Shown: piece by piece, positions 7,420-16,599 of the stretch
Position numbering within the stretch: position 1 is the stretch's first letter
Layout: each line of letters opens with the position of its first letter
NCBI GenBank assembly: GCA_943787795.1
Contig: CALSNU010000003.1
Location: 256,001 to 320,000, forward strand
Length of the DNA stretch: 64,000 nt
DNA from: an uncultured bacterium
Lineage (GTDB): Bacteria > Planctomycetota > UBA1135 > GCA-002686595
Direction: 5' to 3'
The notes under the pieces: model-generated
What the model saw: only the letters and a program-made list of their open reading frames with translations
What the model was told of the DNA's origin: nothing
Databases searched by the model: none
Translations under genes and position numbers: made by a program

Positions 7420-9807
7420 ATGATCCTCACAGCCTCGCGCGTCGCTCTGCTCGCCCTCGCCGTCCTCTCACCCGCGGCTCTGGGCCAGGTGGAGGCGCCG
7501 TCCTTCGACAACGTCCCCTTCGTCCACGACACAGGGTGGGTGTCCCCGGCCGCTGCGACGGGCAGCGACCTCGAGCTCTGCGCGAGCTTCGCCGTGGACC
7601 AGGAGGGCGCGGAGTGGATCCGGCTCTACTTCGAGGATGTCGTGCTCGCCGGGGATCTGCTCGCGGGCACCGGCGCCGAGCTCCGCATCACCTCGATGCT
7701 GGACGGAGGCCTTCAGGTCATGAACGCCATCGAGGTGGAGCGCTGGGACCGCTCGACCGCGTACTTCAATGGAGACGCCCTGGTGGTCGAGGTCTGGGCG
7801 CGGCCTGGAACCGGCACGAGCCGCGTGCAGCTCCGGGCCATGGATATGGGGACGCCTCCGCTCCTTGGGACGGCCTCCATCTGCGGCCCGAACGACGACC
7901 GCCTGCCGTCGACCGACGCGCGCTCGGGGCGGTTGCTCCCGGTGGGCTGCACGGGGTGGCTGATCCAGGACTGCGCGGGCTGCTTCCTGACGGCGGGGCA
8001 CTGCACCGGCAACCTCCAGGTGATTCAGTTCAACGTGCCCCCCTCGTCCAGCTCCGGCTCCATCCAGAACCCGCCGCCCTCGGACCAGTACCCGGTGGAC
8101 GGCGCGTCGCTCCAGTCCAACGGTGGGCAGGGCGTGGGGGACGACTGGGCCTACTTCGGCGCCTTTCCGAACGGCACCTCGGGGCTGACCGTGACCCAGG
8201 CCCAGGGCCCCGGCTTCCAGCTCTCCGCCCCGCCGCAGCCGGGCGGCGCCGACATCCGGATCACGGGCTTCGGGACGGATAGCTCTCCGCCTGAGCGCAA
8301 TCAGACCCAGCAGACCCACCTCGGACCGCTGGTCACCAACTCCGGAACGACGGTGCAGTACCAAACGGACACCACCGGCGGGAACTCCGGTTCGCCGGTG
8401 ATCTGGGCCCAGACGGACCAGGCGGTGGGCATCCACACCCACGGCGGGTGCAGCTCCTCCGGCGGCCAGAACTCGGGCACGAGCTTCTCGCACCCCGATC
8501 TTCAGAGCGCGCTGGCGAGCCCTCAGGGCATCTGCGGCGCGAGCCTCGCCGCGCCCGGCGCGCCGACCCTCTTGCCGCCGCTTCAGGCGGTCGCGGTCTC
8601 CGCGCTGGTGCTCGGGCCGGTGGTCCCCGGCAGCGTGACGCTCCACGAGCGCACGAGCCTGGCCGGGATGTTCCAGTCCATCGCCATGGTGGACATGGGC
8701 GGTGGGGTCTTCACGGCTCAGCTGCCGGCCTACGTCTGCGGCGATGTGCCGGAGTACTTCTTCAGCGCCCAATCGGTGTCTTGTGGCCAGGTCTTCGCGC
8801 CCGCAGGCGGCGCTTCAGACCCGTTCACCGCCGCAGTGGGGGTGGTCAACACGAGCTTCGCCGACGACTTCGAGGTCCCCCTGGGCTGGCAGACGGCCTC
8901 CACCGCCACGACCGGAGACTGGCAGCGCGGGGTCCCGGTGAACGACCCCTCGTGGGCTTTCGACCCGTCCTCCGACGGTGATGGCAGCGGGAGCTGCTTC
9001 GTCACCCAGAACACAGCCGGCAACTCGGATGTGGACAACGGCGAGGTCCGGCTCACCTCGCCCCCGCTCACCGTCGTGGGCGCGGCGAGCGAGTTGACTT
9101 ACCTCTACTACCTCGAGCTGAGCAACCAGAACGCTGAGGACGAGCTGGCCGTCGCCGTGAGCCCGGACGGCGGCGTGAACTGGTCCACGCTCCGACGGCA
9201 CCGCTCCTCGACCGGCGGAGGGTGGGTTCCGGACACCCTCACCGCGGCGGAGCTCGCCGGCGCAGGGGTCGTGGCTGGCTCGACCATGCTCGTGCGATTC
9301 ACCGCGAACGACGCGAACGCTCAGTCCATCGTCGAGGCGGGCGTGGACGGGGTCCAGGTCGGGACCGTGGACTGCGATCCGACCGTGATCGGCGTCGCCG
9401 AGTGCGCCCCGGCGGTCGCCAACTCTACCGGGGCCCCTGGAACGCTCCGGGCCGTGGGCTCCAGCGCCGTGGCGGATAACGACGTGCAGCTCATCGCCGA
9501 GTCGCTCCCTGTGAACACCCTCGGGTACTTCTTGGTGTCGACGGATGCCGGGCTGATCGTCAGCCCGGGCGGGAGCTCAGGGACCCTCTGTCTCGGCGGC
9601 TCGATTGGCCGCTACGCAGGCGATGTCCTGAGCTCGGGGCCCGCCGGAGAGTTCCTCTTCCAGCTGGACCTCTCCGCGCTGCCGCAGCCCACGGGCGCCG
9701 TGGGGGCTGTGGCCGGTGACACGTTCCGGTTCCAGGCCTGGTTCCGCGACTTCTCGATCTTCAACACCTCCAACTTCACCCACTCCCTGGCGATCAGCTT
9801 CGACTGA
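7420..9807 (+). CDS. Secreted trypsin-like serine protease with C-terminal beta-sandwich domains
   Basis: Signal peptide MILTASRVALLALAVLSPAALG; catalytic LTAGHC, DWAYF and GGNSGSP; C-terminal domain ending FQAWFRD...NFTHSLAISFD. Confidence 0.88.
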   Translation: MILTASRVALLALAVLSPAALGQVEAPSFDNVPFVHDTGWVSPAAATGSDLELCASFAVDQEGAEWIRLYFEDVVLAGDLLAGTGAELRITSMLDGGLQVMNAIEVERWDRSTAYFNGDALVVEVWARPGTGTSRVQLRAMDMGTPPLLGTASICGPNDDRLPSTDARSGRLLPVGCTGWLIQDCAGCFLTAGHCTGNLQVIQFNVPPSSSSGSIQNPPPSDQYPVDGASLQSNGGQGVGDDWAYFGAFPNGTSGLTVTQAQGPGFQLSAPPQPGGADIRITGFGTDSSPPERNQTQQTHLGPLVTNSGTTVQYQTDTTGGNSGSPVIWAQTDQAVGIHTHGGCSSSGGQNSGTSFSHPDLQSALASPQGICGASLAAPGAPTLLPPLQAVAVSALVLGPVVPGSVTLHERTSLAGMFQSIAMVDMGGGVFTAQLPAYVCGDVPEYFFSAQSVSCGQVFAPAGGASDPFTAAVGVVNTSFADDFEVPLGWQTASTATTGDWQRGVPVNDPSWAFDPSSDGDGSGSCFVTQNTAGNSDVDNGEVRLTSPPLTVVGAASELTYLYYLELSNQNAEDELAVAVSPDGGVNWSTLRRHRSSTGGGWVPDTLTAAELAGAGVVAGSTMLVRFTANDANAQSIVEAGVDGVQVGTVDCDPTVIGVAECAPAVANSTGAPGTLRAVGSSAVADNDVQLIAESLPVNTLGYFLVSTDAGLIVSPGGSSGTLCLGGSIGRYAGDVLSSGPAGEFLFQLDLSALPQPTGAVGAVAGDTFRFQAWFRDFSIFNTSNFTHSLAISFD

Positions 9808-9890
9808 GCGGTGGTCGCTCAGGAGGCTCCGCTGCTCTGGAGAGTCGGCGCTCTAGAGCTTCGGCCCTCTCGGGGGTGGATGCTCCGGGG

Positions 9891-9950
9891 CTCTCTGCGC
9901 AGGGTCTCTGGGCGCAGGGTCTCTTGGCGCAGGTTCTCTGGGCGCAGGAC
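9891..9950. repeat. Intergenic tandem repeat, 15 bp x4 (ctctgggcgcagggt)
   Basis: Four near-identical units start at 9891, 9906, 9921 and 9936. Confidence 0.85.
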
Positions 9951-10128
9951 CCACCTGCGTTCAGGCCCTGTGCCTCCGGGTCTCTGGGACTCCAGGCCTG
10001 CGTGCGCTTCCGATGCCGCAGGCGGTGTTCAGGGGGGGCGCAGGGGCGGTCGCGCTCCGGGCTCTGGGCACGTTGGTATGCTCCTCGACCTCTCCGACGT
10101 CCGGAGCAGCCGACCCCACCCCCTCAAC

Positions 10129-10974
10129 ATGTCCCTCTCCTCGCGCTCGCGTCTTATCCCGCTCCTCCTGTCCTCACTGGCGCTGGTGAGCTGCCGAGCC
10201 GGGGGTGGCCACGCCGGAGCGGTCCCGGAGTTGCTTGAGGCCTCGGTCCCGGTGCAGCCCCTCATGCTGGAAACCGGCGCGGAGCCCGCCCCTGTGCTCG
10301 GAGCACCGGCGCCCACGGCGCCCTATCTCCTCGGGCTGCGGGAGCCCGGGCCCGCCAGCCTCAGCGCGCAGCGGAGGGGCACCAAGTGGCGCGACGGGCA
10401 AGCGCTGCTCCAGGGCTACCTGGCCGTCAATTCGATCCAGGACCTGTCGCGTACGGGAGGAACCTCGAGCGACATCGAGGGGGGCAGCGGCTCCATCAAT
10501 CAGTACCCCGTGATTGGCGGGGGCGGGCAGTTCAAGCTCGGCGGTAACCGGGTCGACCTCGGCCTCGAGGCCATGATGTCCCTCGGCGGAAGAGCCAACG
10601 GCGGCGCGTTCGTTGCCGGCGGCGGCGGGGCCGCGGTCGCGGTGAGCCTCGACCTGCTGATCGTCGACTTCTACGGGGGTCCCTTCATCAGCGTGCCCCT
10701 CGGCGGGCGCGCACGGGTGTACGGTGCGGCGGGTCCCGTGGTCCAGTTCGCCAACTACCACCAGTCCTCGGCTCCCGGCGTCGAAGCTGGGTCAGGGAGC
10801 GGGTTCGGGGTCGGCGGATACGCCAGGACCGGCGTGGAGCTTGAGATCTCCCCGGGCTCCTTCATCGGGGTCGGCGCCCGCTGGTACGACACGAGCGTGA
10901 ACCTGAGCAGCAACTTCGGGGACCTCGATGTCGAGGGCGTCGAGGCCATGCTCACGTTCAGCACGCGCCACTGA
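10129..10974 (+). CDS. Putative outer-membrane beta-barrel lipoprotein
   Basis: Lipobox-like LALVSC. The C-terminal part has Gly/aromatic-rich alternating strands (RVYGAAGPVVQF, GFGVGGYARTGVELEI, IGVGARWY). Confidence 0.6.
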   Translation: MSLSSRSRLIPLLLSSLALVSCRAGGGHAGAVPELLEASVPVQPLMLETGAEPAPVLGAPAPTAPYLLGLREPGPASLSAQRRGTKWRDGQALLQGYLAVNSIQDLSRTGGTSSDIEGGSGSINQYPVIGGGGQFKLGGNRVDLGLEAMMSLGGRANGGAFVAGGGGAAVAVSLDLLIVDFYGGPFISVPLGGRARVYGAAGPVVQFANYHQSSAPGVEAGSGSGFGVGGYARTGVELEISPGSFIGVGARWYDTSVNLSSNFGDLDVEGVEAMLTFSTRH

Positions 10975-11195
10975 GATCTCGGACCGCCGTCTGCGGGCGG
11001 CCCCCCTTCAGAGTCGCCTCACCCTGGAGTCCCTTCCCTGGAGCCGCGTCGGCCCTGCTGAGCGGAGCCGAGGGCACGCGGGTCCAGGTGAGGTGGCCGT
11101 GTCCCATGCGCCGGAGACCAGGAGCCCCAGCGTCCACGGCGCCCTGCCCCGTGGAAGCCGGGCCCCATTGCGGAACCCGGTCGCCTGGCGGGTGC

Positions 11196-12023
11196 TCAGC
11201 GCTTGAGAGGGGCGGTGAGGGAGAACTCCAGCAGCGTCCCGGCCGGGATGAAGATGCTGTTGCCCGCGGTCAGAATCGCGGCCCCCGCGCCCCACTTCGC
11301 GCCGTTCTTGGCTCCCTTGGAGCCCTTGGCGAGGCCTCCGATCGCTGCGCCGCGCGCCACGGTGCCGGCGGTCTTCTTGGCGGTGTTCTCGGTGACCACC
11401 TTGCAGCTGCTGGAGGTGAGGGGGACGATCGTCCCGTCGATCGAGACCGCGGTGAGGCGGATGGTGAACTCCGACCGACCGCGCAGACGGCCCGACTTCT
11501 TCTTCCCCACCATCTCGCCGTAGACCGGTGATCCCTTGCGGGCCACGGTCGTGCCGCCGACCACGAGGTTCCCCTCGAGGACGGCCGTGAACCGGTGCCC
11601 GCTCGACTGGCGGTTGGAGTCGAGGGTGTCCTTGAGGCGCACCGAGAGAGGGGTGCCCGCGGGCACCGTTACGCCGCTCGCGGCTGCCTTGGCGGCCGGC
11701 TTGGGAGCCGGCTTGGGAGCCTGAGCTGGGGCCGAGGTTGCGGCCGACGTCGGGGTCGAGGTCGGGGCCGGAGCTGCCGTCGGCTGCGGAGCACGAGCTG
11801 GCGCCGGAGCGGGCCGCAGGTCGAAGGTGAGGGCGAGAATCTCGGAGGTGGCGACCACGCGCAGGGACCCAGCGACCTCGAAGCGGATCGAGGTCTGGGA
11901 GCCTCCCATGTACTTCCCGTTCAGCAGCTCGCCTGAGCGGAGCTCGAGAACATCAGCCTGCGCCAGGGGAAGCGTCAGCGCCGTGAGGAGGACGGACCAG
12001 GCAAGGGGAAGGTACTTCATCAT
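11196..12023 (-). CDS. Secreted hypothetical protein with Pro/Ala linker and glycine-zipper C-terminal domain
   Basis: Signal peptide ending AQA/D, PAPA linker, VPAGTPLSVRL...LDS, GAAIGGLAKGSKGAKNGAKWGAG, IPAGTLLEF. Confidence 0.7.
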   Translation of the reverse strand: MMKYLPLAWSVLLTALTLPLAQADVLELRSGELLNGKYMGGSQTSIRFEVAGSLRVVATSEILALTFDLRPAPAPARAPQPTAAPAPTSTPTSAATSAPAQAPKPAPKPAAKAAASGVTVPAGTPLSVRLKDTLDSNRQSSGHRFTAVLEGNLVVGGTTVARKGSPVYGEMVGKKKSGRLRGRSEFTIRLTAVSIDGTIVPLTSSSCKVVTENTAKKTAGTVARGAAIGGLAKGSKGAKNGAKWGAGAAILTAGNSIFIPAGTLLEFSLTAPLKR

Positions 12024-12051
12024 CTTGTTCAATCGGTGGTGGCGAGGCCGG

Positions 12052-13029
12052 TCAGGGGGCGGGCTGGAAGATGGTCTCGAAGTCACGGGTCATGGAGATC
12101 ACCTCGATCTCACCGTCTCCTGCGGCGCGCAGGGCGCGCTCGATACCGTCGTCATAGGCGAACTCGCGCTCGCCATCGTCGTGATGGAGGAGCAGGGTCA
12201 GGGTGCGAGCGTGGCGCTGGGCCACATACTCGAGCATCTCAAGGTCGCCGTCCGAGTTGCCCACGGCCAGGATCGGGGTGCGGCCGATGTGCCGGTTGAT
12301 GTTGACCGGCTTGCCCGGACCGTCGTTGATCGGGACCACCAGCTCTCGCAGGCGGACGAACTCGCCGCGCCCGTCAATCTCACGGAAGGCCTTCTGGCCG
12401 GAGGAGCCGATGACGTTCTCCGGCCCGATGCCGTAGACGTCCTTGGCGTAGCAGCGGACGAAGTCGACGCCACCCCCCGTACAGATCCAAACCTGGAAGC
12501 CAGCGTCCTGGAGGTAGGCCACAAGCTCCAGCATGGGGGCATAGACCAGCTCGGTATAGGGGCGCTGGAGGTCCGGATGGCGCGCGGAAGCGAGCCACCC
12601 CTCCGCCACCGCCACGAACTCCTCATCGAGCATGCCCGTGTGGGTCTCCATGGCCAGCTCGATGAACGCCTCGATGTCCTTCGTGCTCCCGAAGGTCCCG
12701 TCCATGAGGGAGCTATAGGGCTCCTTTTCGCGGAGGGTCGGGTCCTCGGCCACATACTCCCGAGCCCGGTCGACCATGAACGCGAGCTGGGAGTACATGG
12801 GCTTCTCGCAAATCAGGGTCCCGTCGTTGTCGAAGACGGCGATCCGCTCCTCTGCGGGCACAAAGTGGACGCTCTCGGGGTCCGTGGCCTCGCTGACGAA
12901 GCTGGTGATCGTGGACTTGACTTCTCCATCGGCCCAGGAGGCGAGCGGGTCCTCACCACCGAAGAGGCTCAGGCCAGAGGTTGATGCACAAGAGGCGAGG
13001 AGGGCCAGCAGCAGGGGAAGAAACCGCAT
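12052..13029 (-). CDS. HAD-family hydrolase lipoprotein (non-specific acid phosphatase-like)
   Basis: Lipobox LLASC, HAD motif I VFDNDGTL, motif II CTGGG and motif IV GNSDGD. Confidence 0.85.
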   Translation of the reverse strand: MRFLPLLLALLASCASTSGLSLFGGEDPLASWADGEVKSTITSFVSEATDPESVHFVPAEERIAVFDNDGTLICEKPMYSQLAFMVDRAREYVAEDPTLREKEPYSSLMDGTFGSTKDIEAFIELAMETHTGMLDEEFVAVAEGWLASARHPDLQRPYTELVYAPMLELVAYLQDAGFQVWICTGGGVDFVRCYAKDVYGIGPENVIGSSGQKAFREIDGRGEFVRLRELVVPINDGPGKPVNINRHIGRTPILAVGNSDGDLEMLEYVAQRHARTLTLLLHHDDGEREFAYDDGIERALRAAGDGEIEVISMTRDFETIFQPAP

Positions 13030-13065
13030 GAGTCGAAGGCTCAGGTTTGAGGGGAGCTAGGGGTC

Positions 13066-14418
13066 TTAGACGTTGACGAAGTCCGCGTCACTGGGGAGGT
13101 CGTGGTCGTCGGCTCTTCGATTGCGCTTGAAGTCATATCCGCGGGGGACACAGACGATCCCGGAGTCGGTGACCGTGAAGCGCTTACGGTCCTCGTCCAG
13201 GTCAACGCCGATCTCTGCGCCCGAGGGGACGGTGGTCCACTTGTCGATGATCGCCCGGCGGATGATGGCGCCAGGCTCTACGACGACGCCGTGCATCAGG
13301 ATGCTCTCCTCGATGTCCGCGTCCTCGCCTGAGCAGACGCGGTTCCCCATGATGGAGCGCCGCACCCGTGACCCGGAGATGATGGATCCATTACAGAGCA
13401 GGGAGTCCACGATCTGCGCGTGGTGCCCCTCTGGCTCCGAGAAGATCGTCTTGGCCGGCGGGTCGTTGTGCCAGAGCGTATAGATGGGCCAGTGCTTGTC
13501 GTACAGGTTGATCGAAGGCACCACCTGGCAGAGGTCCAGGTTGGCGTCGAAGTACGCGTCGAGCGTGCCCACGTCTCGCCAGTAAGGGGTGTTGCCCTTG
13601 GGGTCTTCCGACCTGGGGCCGCCTGCATTCTCTGCGCCGCTTGCGCCGCCGGCGGCGTCCACGTCACGGAAGGAGTGGGCGATGACCGTGGTGCCGTCCT
13701 CGACCATCGCAGGGAGCACGTCCTGGCCGAAGTCGTGGCTCGTCCCGGAGGTCTTGGCCATGTCCTCGCGGAGGCGCCGGATGAGCTCCTGCCGTTCGAA
13801 GATGTAGATCCCCATGGACCCCAGGCAGCGACCGGGCTTGCCCGGGATCTCCGTGCCGACCTCCGGCTTCTCCTGGAAGCCCGTCACCTGCGACCGGCCA
13901 TCGACCTCGAGGACGCCGAAGCGCGGCGCGTCCTCCGCGCCGATCTCCACGGCGCCGATGGTGCACTTGGCGCCGGCCTCGACGTGCTCCTCCAGCATGT
14001 CGCCGTAGTCCATCTTGTAGATGTGGTCGCCCGAGAGGATCACCACGTGATCACACTCGACCTGCTGGAGTAGCTCGAGGTTCTGGGCGATCGCGTCGGC
14101 GGTTCCCCGGTACCAGCTTCCCTGTCCGCCGTGTTGGGGGGGGCGCGGGACGATGAACTGGGAGAGACGACGGGGTAGGAAGTTCCAAGCGAGGCGCAGG
14201 TGCTCTTCCAGCGAATACGCCTGGTACTGCGTCAGCACGAAGACGCGCCGGAGTCCGGAGTGGATGACGTTCGATAGGGTGAAGTCGATGATCCGATAGG
14301 CCCCGCCGAAGGGCACTGCCGGCTTGGCGCGGCCGATCGTGAGCGGCGAGAGGCGCTCTCCGCGCCCTCCCGCGAGGACGAAGGTCAGCGTCGACTTGAG
14401 GAGCTGTGCGCGATTCAT
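13066..14418 (-). CDS. glgC: Glucose-1-phosphate adenylyltransferase
   Basis: VLAGGRGERLSPLT..RAKPAVPFGG.YRIIDF, WYRGTADA, LSGDHIYKMDY, SMGIYIF, HDFG and YWRDVGT. Confidence 0.97.
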   Translation of the reverse strand: MNRAQLLKSTLTFVLAGGRGERLSPLTIGRAKPAVPFGGAYRIIDFTLSNVIHSGLRRVFVLTQYQAYSLEEHLRLAWNFLPRRLSQFIVPRPPQHGGQGSWYRGTADAIAQNLELLQQVECDHVVILSGDHIYKMDYGDMLEEHVEAGAKCTIGAVEIGAEDAPRFGVLEVDGRSQVTGFQEKPEVGTEIPGKPGRCLGSMGIYIFERQELIRRLREDMAKTSGTSHDFGQDVLPAMVEDGTTVIAHSFRDVDAAGGASGAENAGGPRSEDPKGNTPYWRDVGTLDAYFDANLDLCQVVPSINLYDKHWPIYTLWHNDPPAKTIFSEPEGHHAQIVDSLLCNGSIISGSRVRRSIMGNRVCSGEDADIEESILMHGVVVEPGAIIRRAIIDKWTTVPSGAEIGVDLDEDRKRFTVTDSGIVCVPRGYDFKRNRRADDHDLPSDADFVNV

Positions 14419-14601
14419 GGGGGTGCGAGGGCCGGGGGCTCGGAATCCGCCTTGATCAGAACAGACTGGGAGCCCGGATAACAGATGACCCAGGGAGATC
14501 CTCCGCGACTCGACCTTTGATCTGGATCGCGCAGGTAGCTACCTTCCCAGGTGAAGGCGCTGTGCCAGAGCGCACGACCCGGGCCCACGGCTCCACCCCG
14601 A

Positions 14602-16599
14602 ATGTCTGCCCCTCTTCTGCGTCGACTTCAACAGCCCAGGGAACTCCACTCGGAGCCCCTTGGTGGCCGCCGCTGGTGCTCCACCGCGACCGACGCCCGC
14701 GACATCGCGTCCACGGGCCCGCACCTCATCGGGCTCCCCGAGCGGGTCCTCTGGTCCTCTGGGCGCCGCGCGGCTGACGGGCTCCTCGTGGCGGAGCGTC
14801 TCGACGACGGGCTGCTGGTGGCCGAGACCGCCGACCTGCCGGGCGAGCCGATCGTGTGGCTGGGTGACCTGGCCGTGACCCTGGGCGAAGATCCTGAGGT
14901 TGGAGATCCGGAGCCGAGCGCCCTGGCTTCGGCGCCTGTCGGGCTCGGAGCACCCAGGATCCGCCTCGGCACCCTCACGCCTCGGGTCGAGGCGGTCTGG
15001 TCCGTCAACGAGTCGCTGGCGCGGGTTGAGTGCACGCTGCCCTGCCGCCCGGTCGGCCAACGCACCCACCAGAACGATGCGCTCGATCCCCGAGTGCAGT
15101 TGGAGGCCACCGAGTCGGGGGCGGTCGCGCGCGTACGCCCCTATCCCGGGATGCCGGCGATCATCCTTCGCTTCAACGGCGACGTCACCCTTGTGGGGGC
15201 CGCGCTCTGGCATTCGGACGTCGCGGTCCTCGACCGCACGGGGCCCATCGGCGTCGAGGATCGATTCTCGCCGGGAGTGTTCCTGGTTCGTCTGCCCGAG
15301 ACCGCCACGAGCCTGCGGGTGACGGTTGAGGTCGAGGCGGACCTGGTCCGCGCCGGCGACCGGCGCGCTGGAGTCGACGCCGAGCCCGCCGCCGAGCCTG
15401 ACGCTGAGCCTGACGCTGAGCCTGACGCCGAGCCTGACGCCGAGCCTGAAGCTGGGCCGGGAGTTGGGCCCCTGTCGGCCGCCGTCACGGCGCGCGGACG
15501 GCTCATGGACATCCTCTCTGCCCCGGGGCTCGCGCTCGAGGCGGGCTGGAGCCCCGATCAGATCTCCAGCTGGATCAAGCACCATGTGGCCGCCGCCGTG
15601 ACCGCCATCGGGGGCCCCGGTGAGGTCGCCGGGGATGACTCCGCCCTGTGGCTGGGGCGTACGTGCCAGCTGCTCCTACGTAACCTCCGATCGGCCTGGG
15701 GCCCGCTGACTTATCGGGGGCTCGTGGAGGACTGCTTTGCTCCGGCGGTCGCCTCGATGGTCGACGCGATCCTCGCCGAGGCACCCGGTGCCGCGTCAGC
15801 CTCGGAGCTGAGCGACGGCGCGGTGGGGGAGAGCCCTCCCACCGATGGGGTCGCCGGGTTCGCTGGAGCAGGCCCGGGTGAGGAGACGAGCCCCGGGGCC
15901 GCGCGGTTCCGGGGGACCCGTCGCTGGTACGAGGTGCTCGCCTCCACCCCGTCCGTCCCGCGCGGAGCGGTGTGCGTGGAGGCCGGCGCGCTCCTGCACC
16001 AGCTGTTCATCTTTGATGAGCAGCTTTGCCGGATGACATCGAACGGGCCGCGGCGCGAGCAAGCTGCGCGCCGCGCGCTGGACGCCCGCCGCTGGTTTCA
16101 GCGGGCCTTCTGGCTCTCGACGCCGCGGCGGCTCGCGGACCTCGAGGTGAGCGGGTCGGACCCCGTTGGCGGGACGGCCCTGTCCATGCGGGCCGGGATG
16201 CTCGTGGCGGCTGCCCTCGAGGGGGCGCCCCTGGATCAGATGCAGCGCCGCGCCGTGGTGAACGCGGCGGATGAGCGCCTGCTGACGCCCCTTGGGGTGC
16301 GGTCCATCGATCGAGCGGACCTTGGGTTTCACCAGGATTCGCCGGTGGACGGCGCGGTCTGGCCGTGGCTCCTCGGGATGCACGTCGAGGCGGCGATCAG
16401 GGCGTTCGGGCGAGACTTCGTCCGCCTCGACTTCGAGGAGAGCCTGCTGGCGGCCATCGATGGCGCGCCTGAAGCCTGGGCCGAACGCTCGGAAGGCGGC
16501 GTGTCGCCGATCGGAGACTTGACCTTCCCCCCTGCCAGCGGCGAGTCCATTCGAGCGTTCCGCCTCCTGACCGAGGTCCTGGGCGGAACACCGGAGTGA
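14602..16599 (+). CDS. Amylo-alpha-1,6-glucosidase (archaeal/Bacteroidota-type debranching enzyme)-like protein, strongly diverged
   Basis: LLTPLGVRSI, GAVWPWLLG, PRGAVCVEAGAL and DDSALW remain. It heads a GT4-GH57 operon. Start is uncertain (GTG 14551 or ATG 14602). Confidence 0.7.
   Translation: MSAPLLRRLQQPRELHSEPLGGRRWCSTATDARDIASTGPHLIGLPERVLWSSGRRAADGLLVAERLDDGLLVAETADLPGEPIVWLGDLAVTLGEDPEVGDPEPSALASAPVGLGAPRIRLGTLTPRVEAVWSVNESLARVECTLPCRPVGQRTHQNDALDPRVQLEATESGAVARVRPYPGMPAIILRFNGDVTLVGAALWHSDVAVLDRTGPIGVEDRFSPGVFLVRLPETATSLRVTVEVEADLVRAGDRRAGVDAEPAAEPDAEPDAEPDAEPDAEPEAGPGVGPLSAAVTARGRLMDILSAPGLALEAGWSPDQISSWIKHHVAAAVTAIGGPGEVAGDDSALWLGRTCQLLLRNLRSAWGPLTYRGLVEDCFAPAVASMVDAILAEAPGAASASELSDGAVGESPPTDGVAGFAGAGPGEETSPGAARFRGTRRWYEVLASTPSVPRGAVCVEAGALLHQLFIFDEQLCRMTSNGPRREQAARRALDARRWFQRAFWLSTPRRLADLEVSGSDPVGGTALSMRAGMLVAAALEGAPLDQMQRRAVVNAADERLLTPLGVRSIDRADLGFHQDSPVDGAVWPWLLGMHVEAAIRAFGRDFVRLDFEESLLAAIDGAPEAWAERSEGGVSPIGDLTFPPASGESIRAFRLLTEVLGGTPE
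15382..15453 (+). repeat. In-frame 12 bp tandem repeat x6 encoding EPDA
   Basis: gagcctgacgc(t/c) units inside the debranching-like CDS. Confidence 0.9.

Noticed and set aside
9811..10128. N-terminal extension of the beta-barrel ORF (likewise extensions from 7330, 23579, 43981 and 59817)
   Set aside because: These translate intergenic repeats or neighbouring genes. Signal peptides or stop/start overlaps indicate the later starts.
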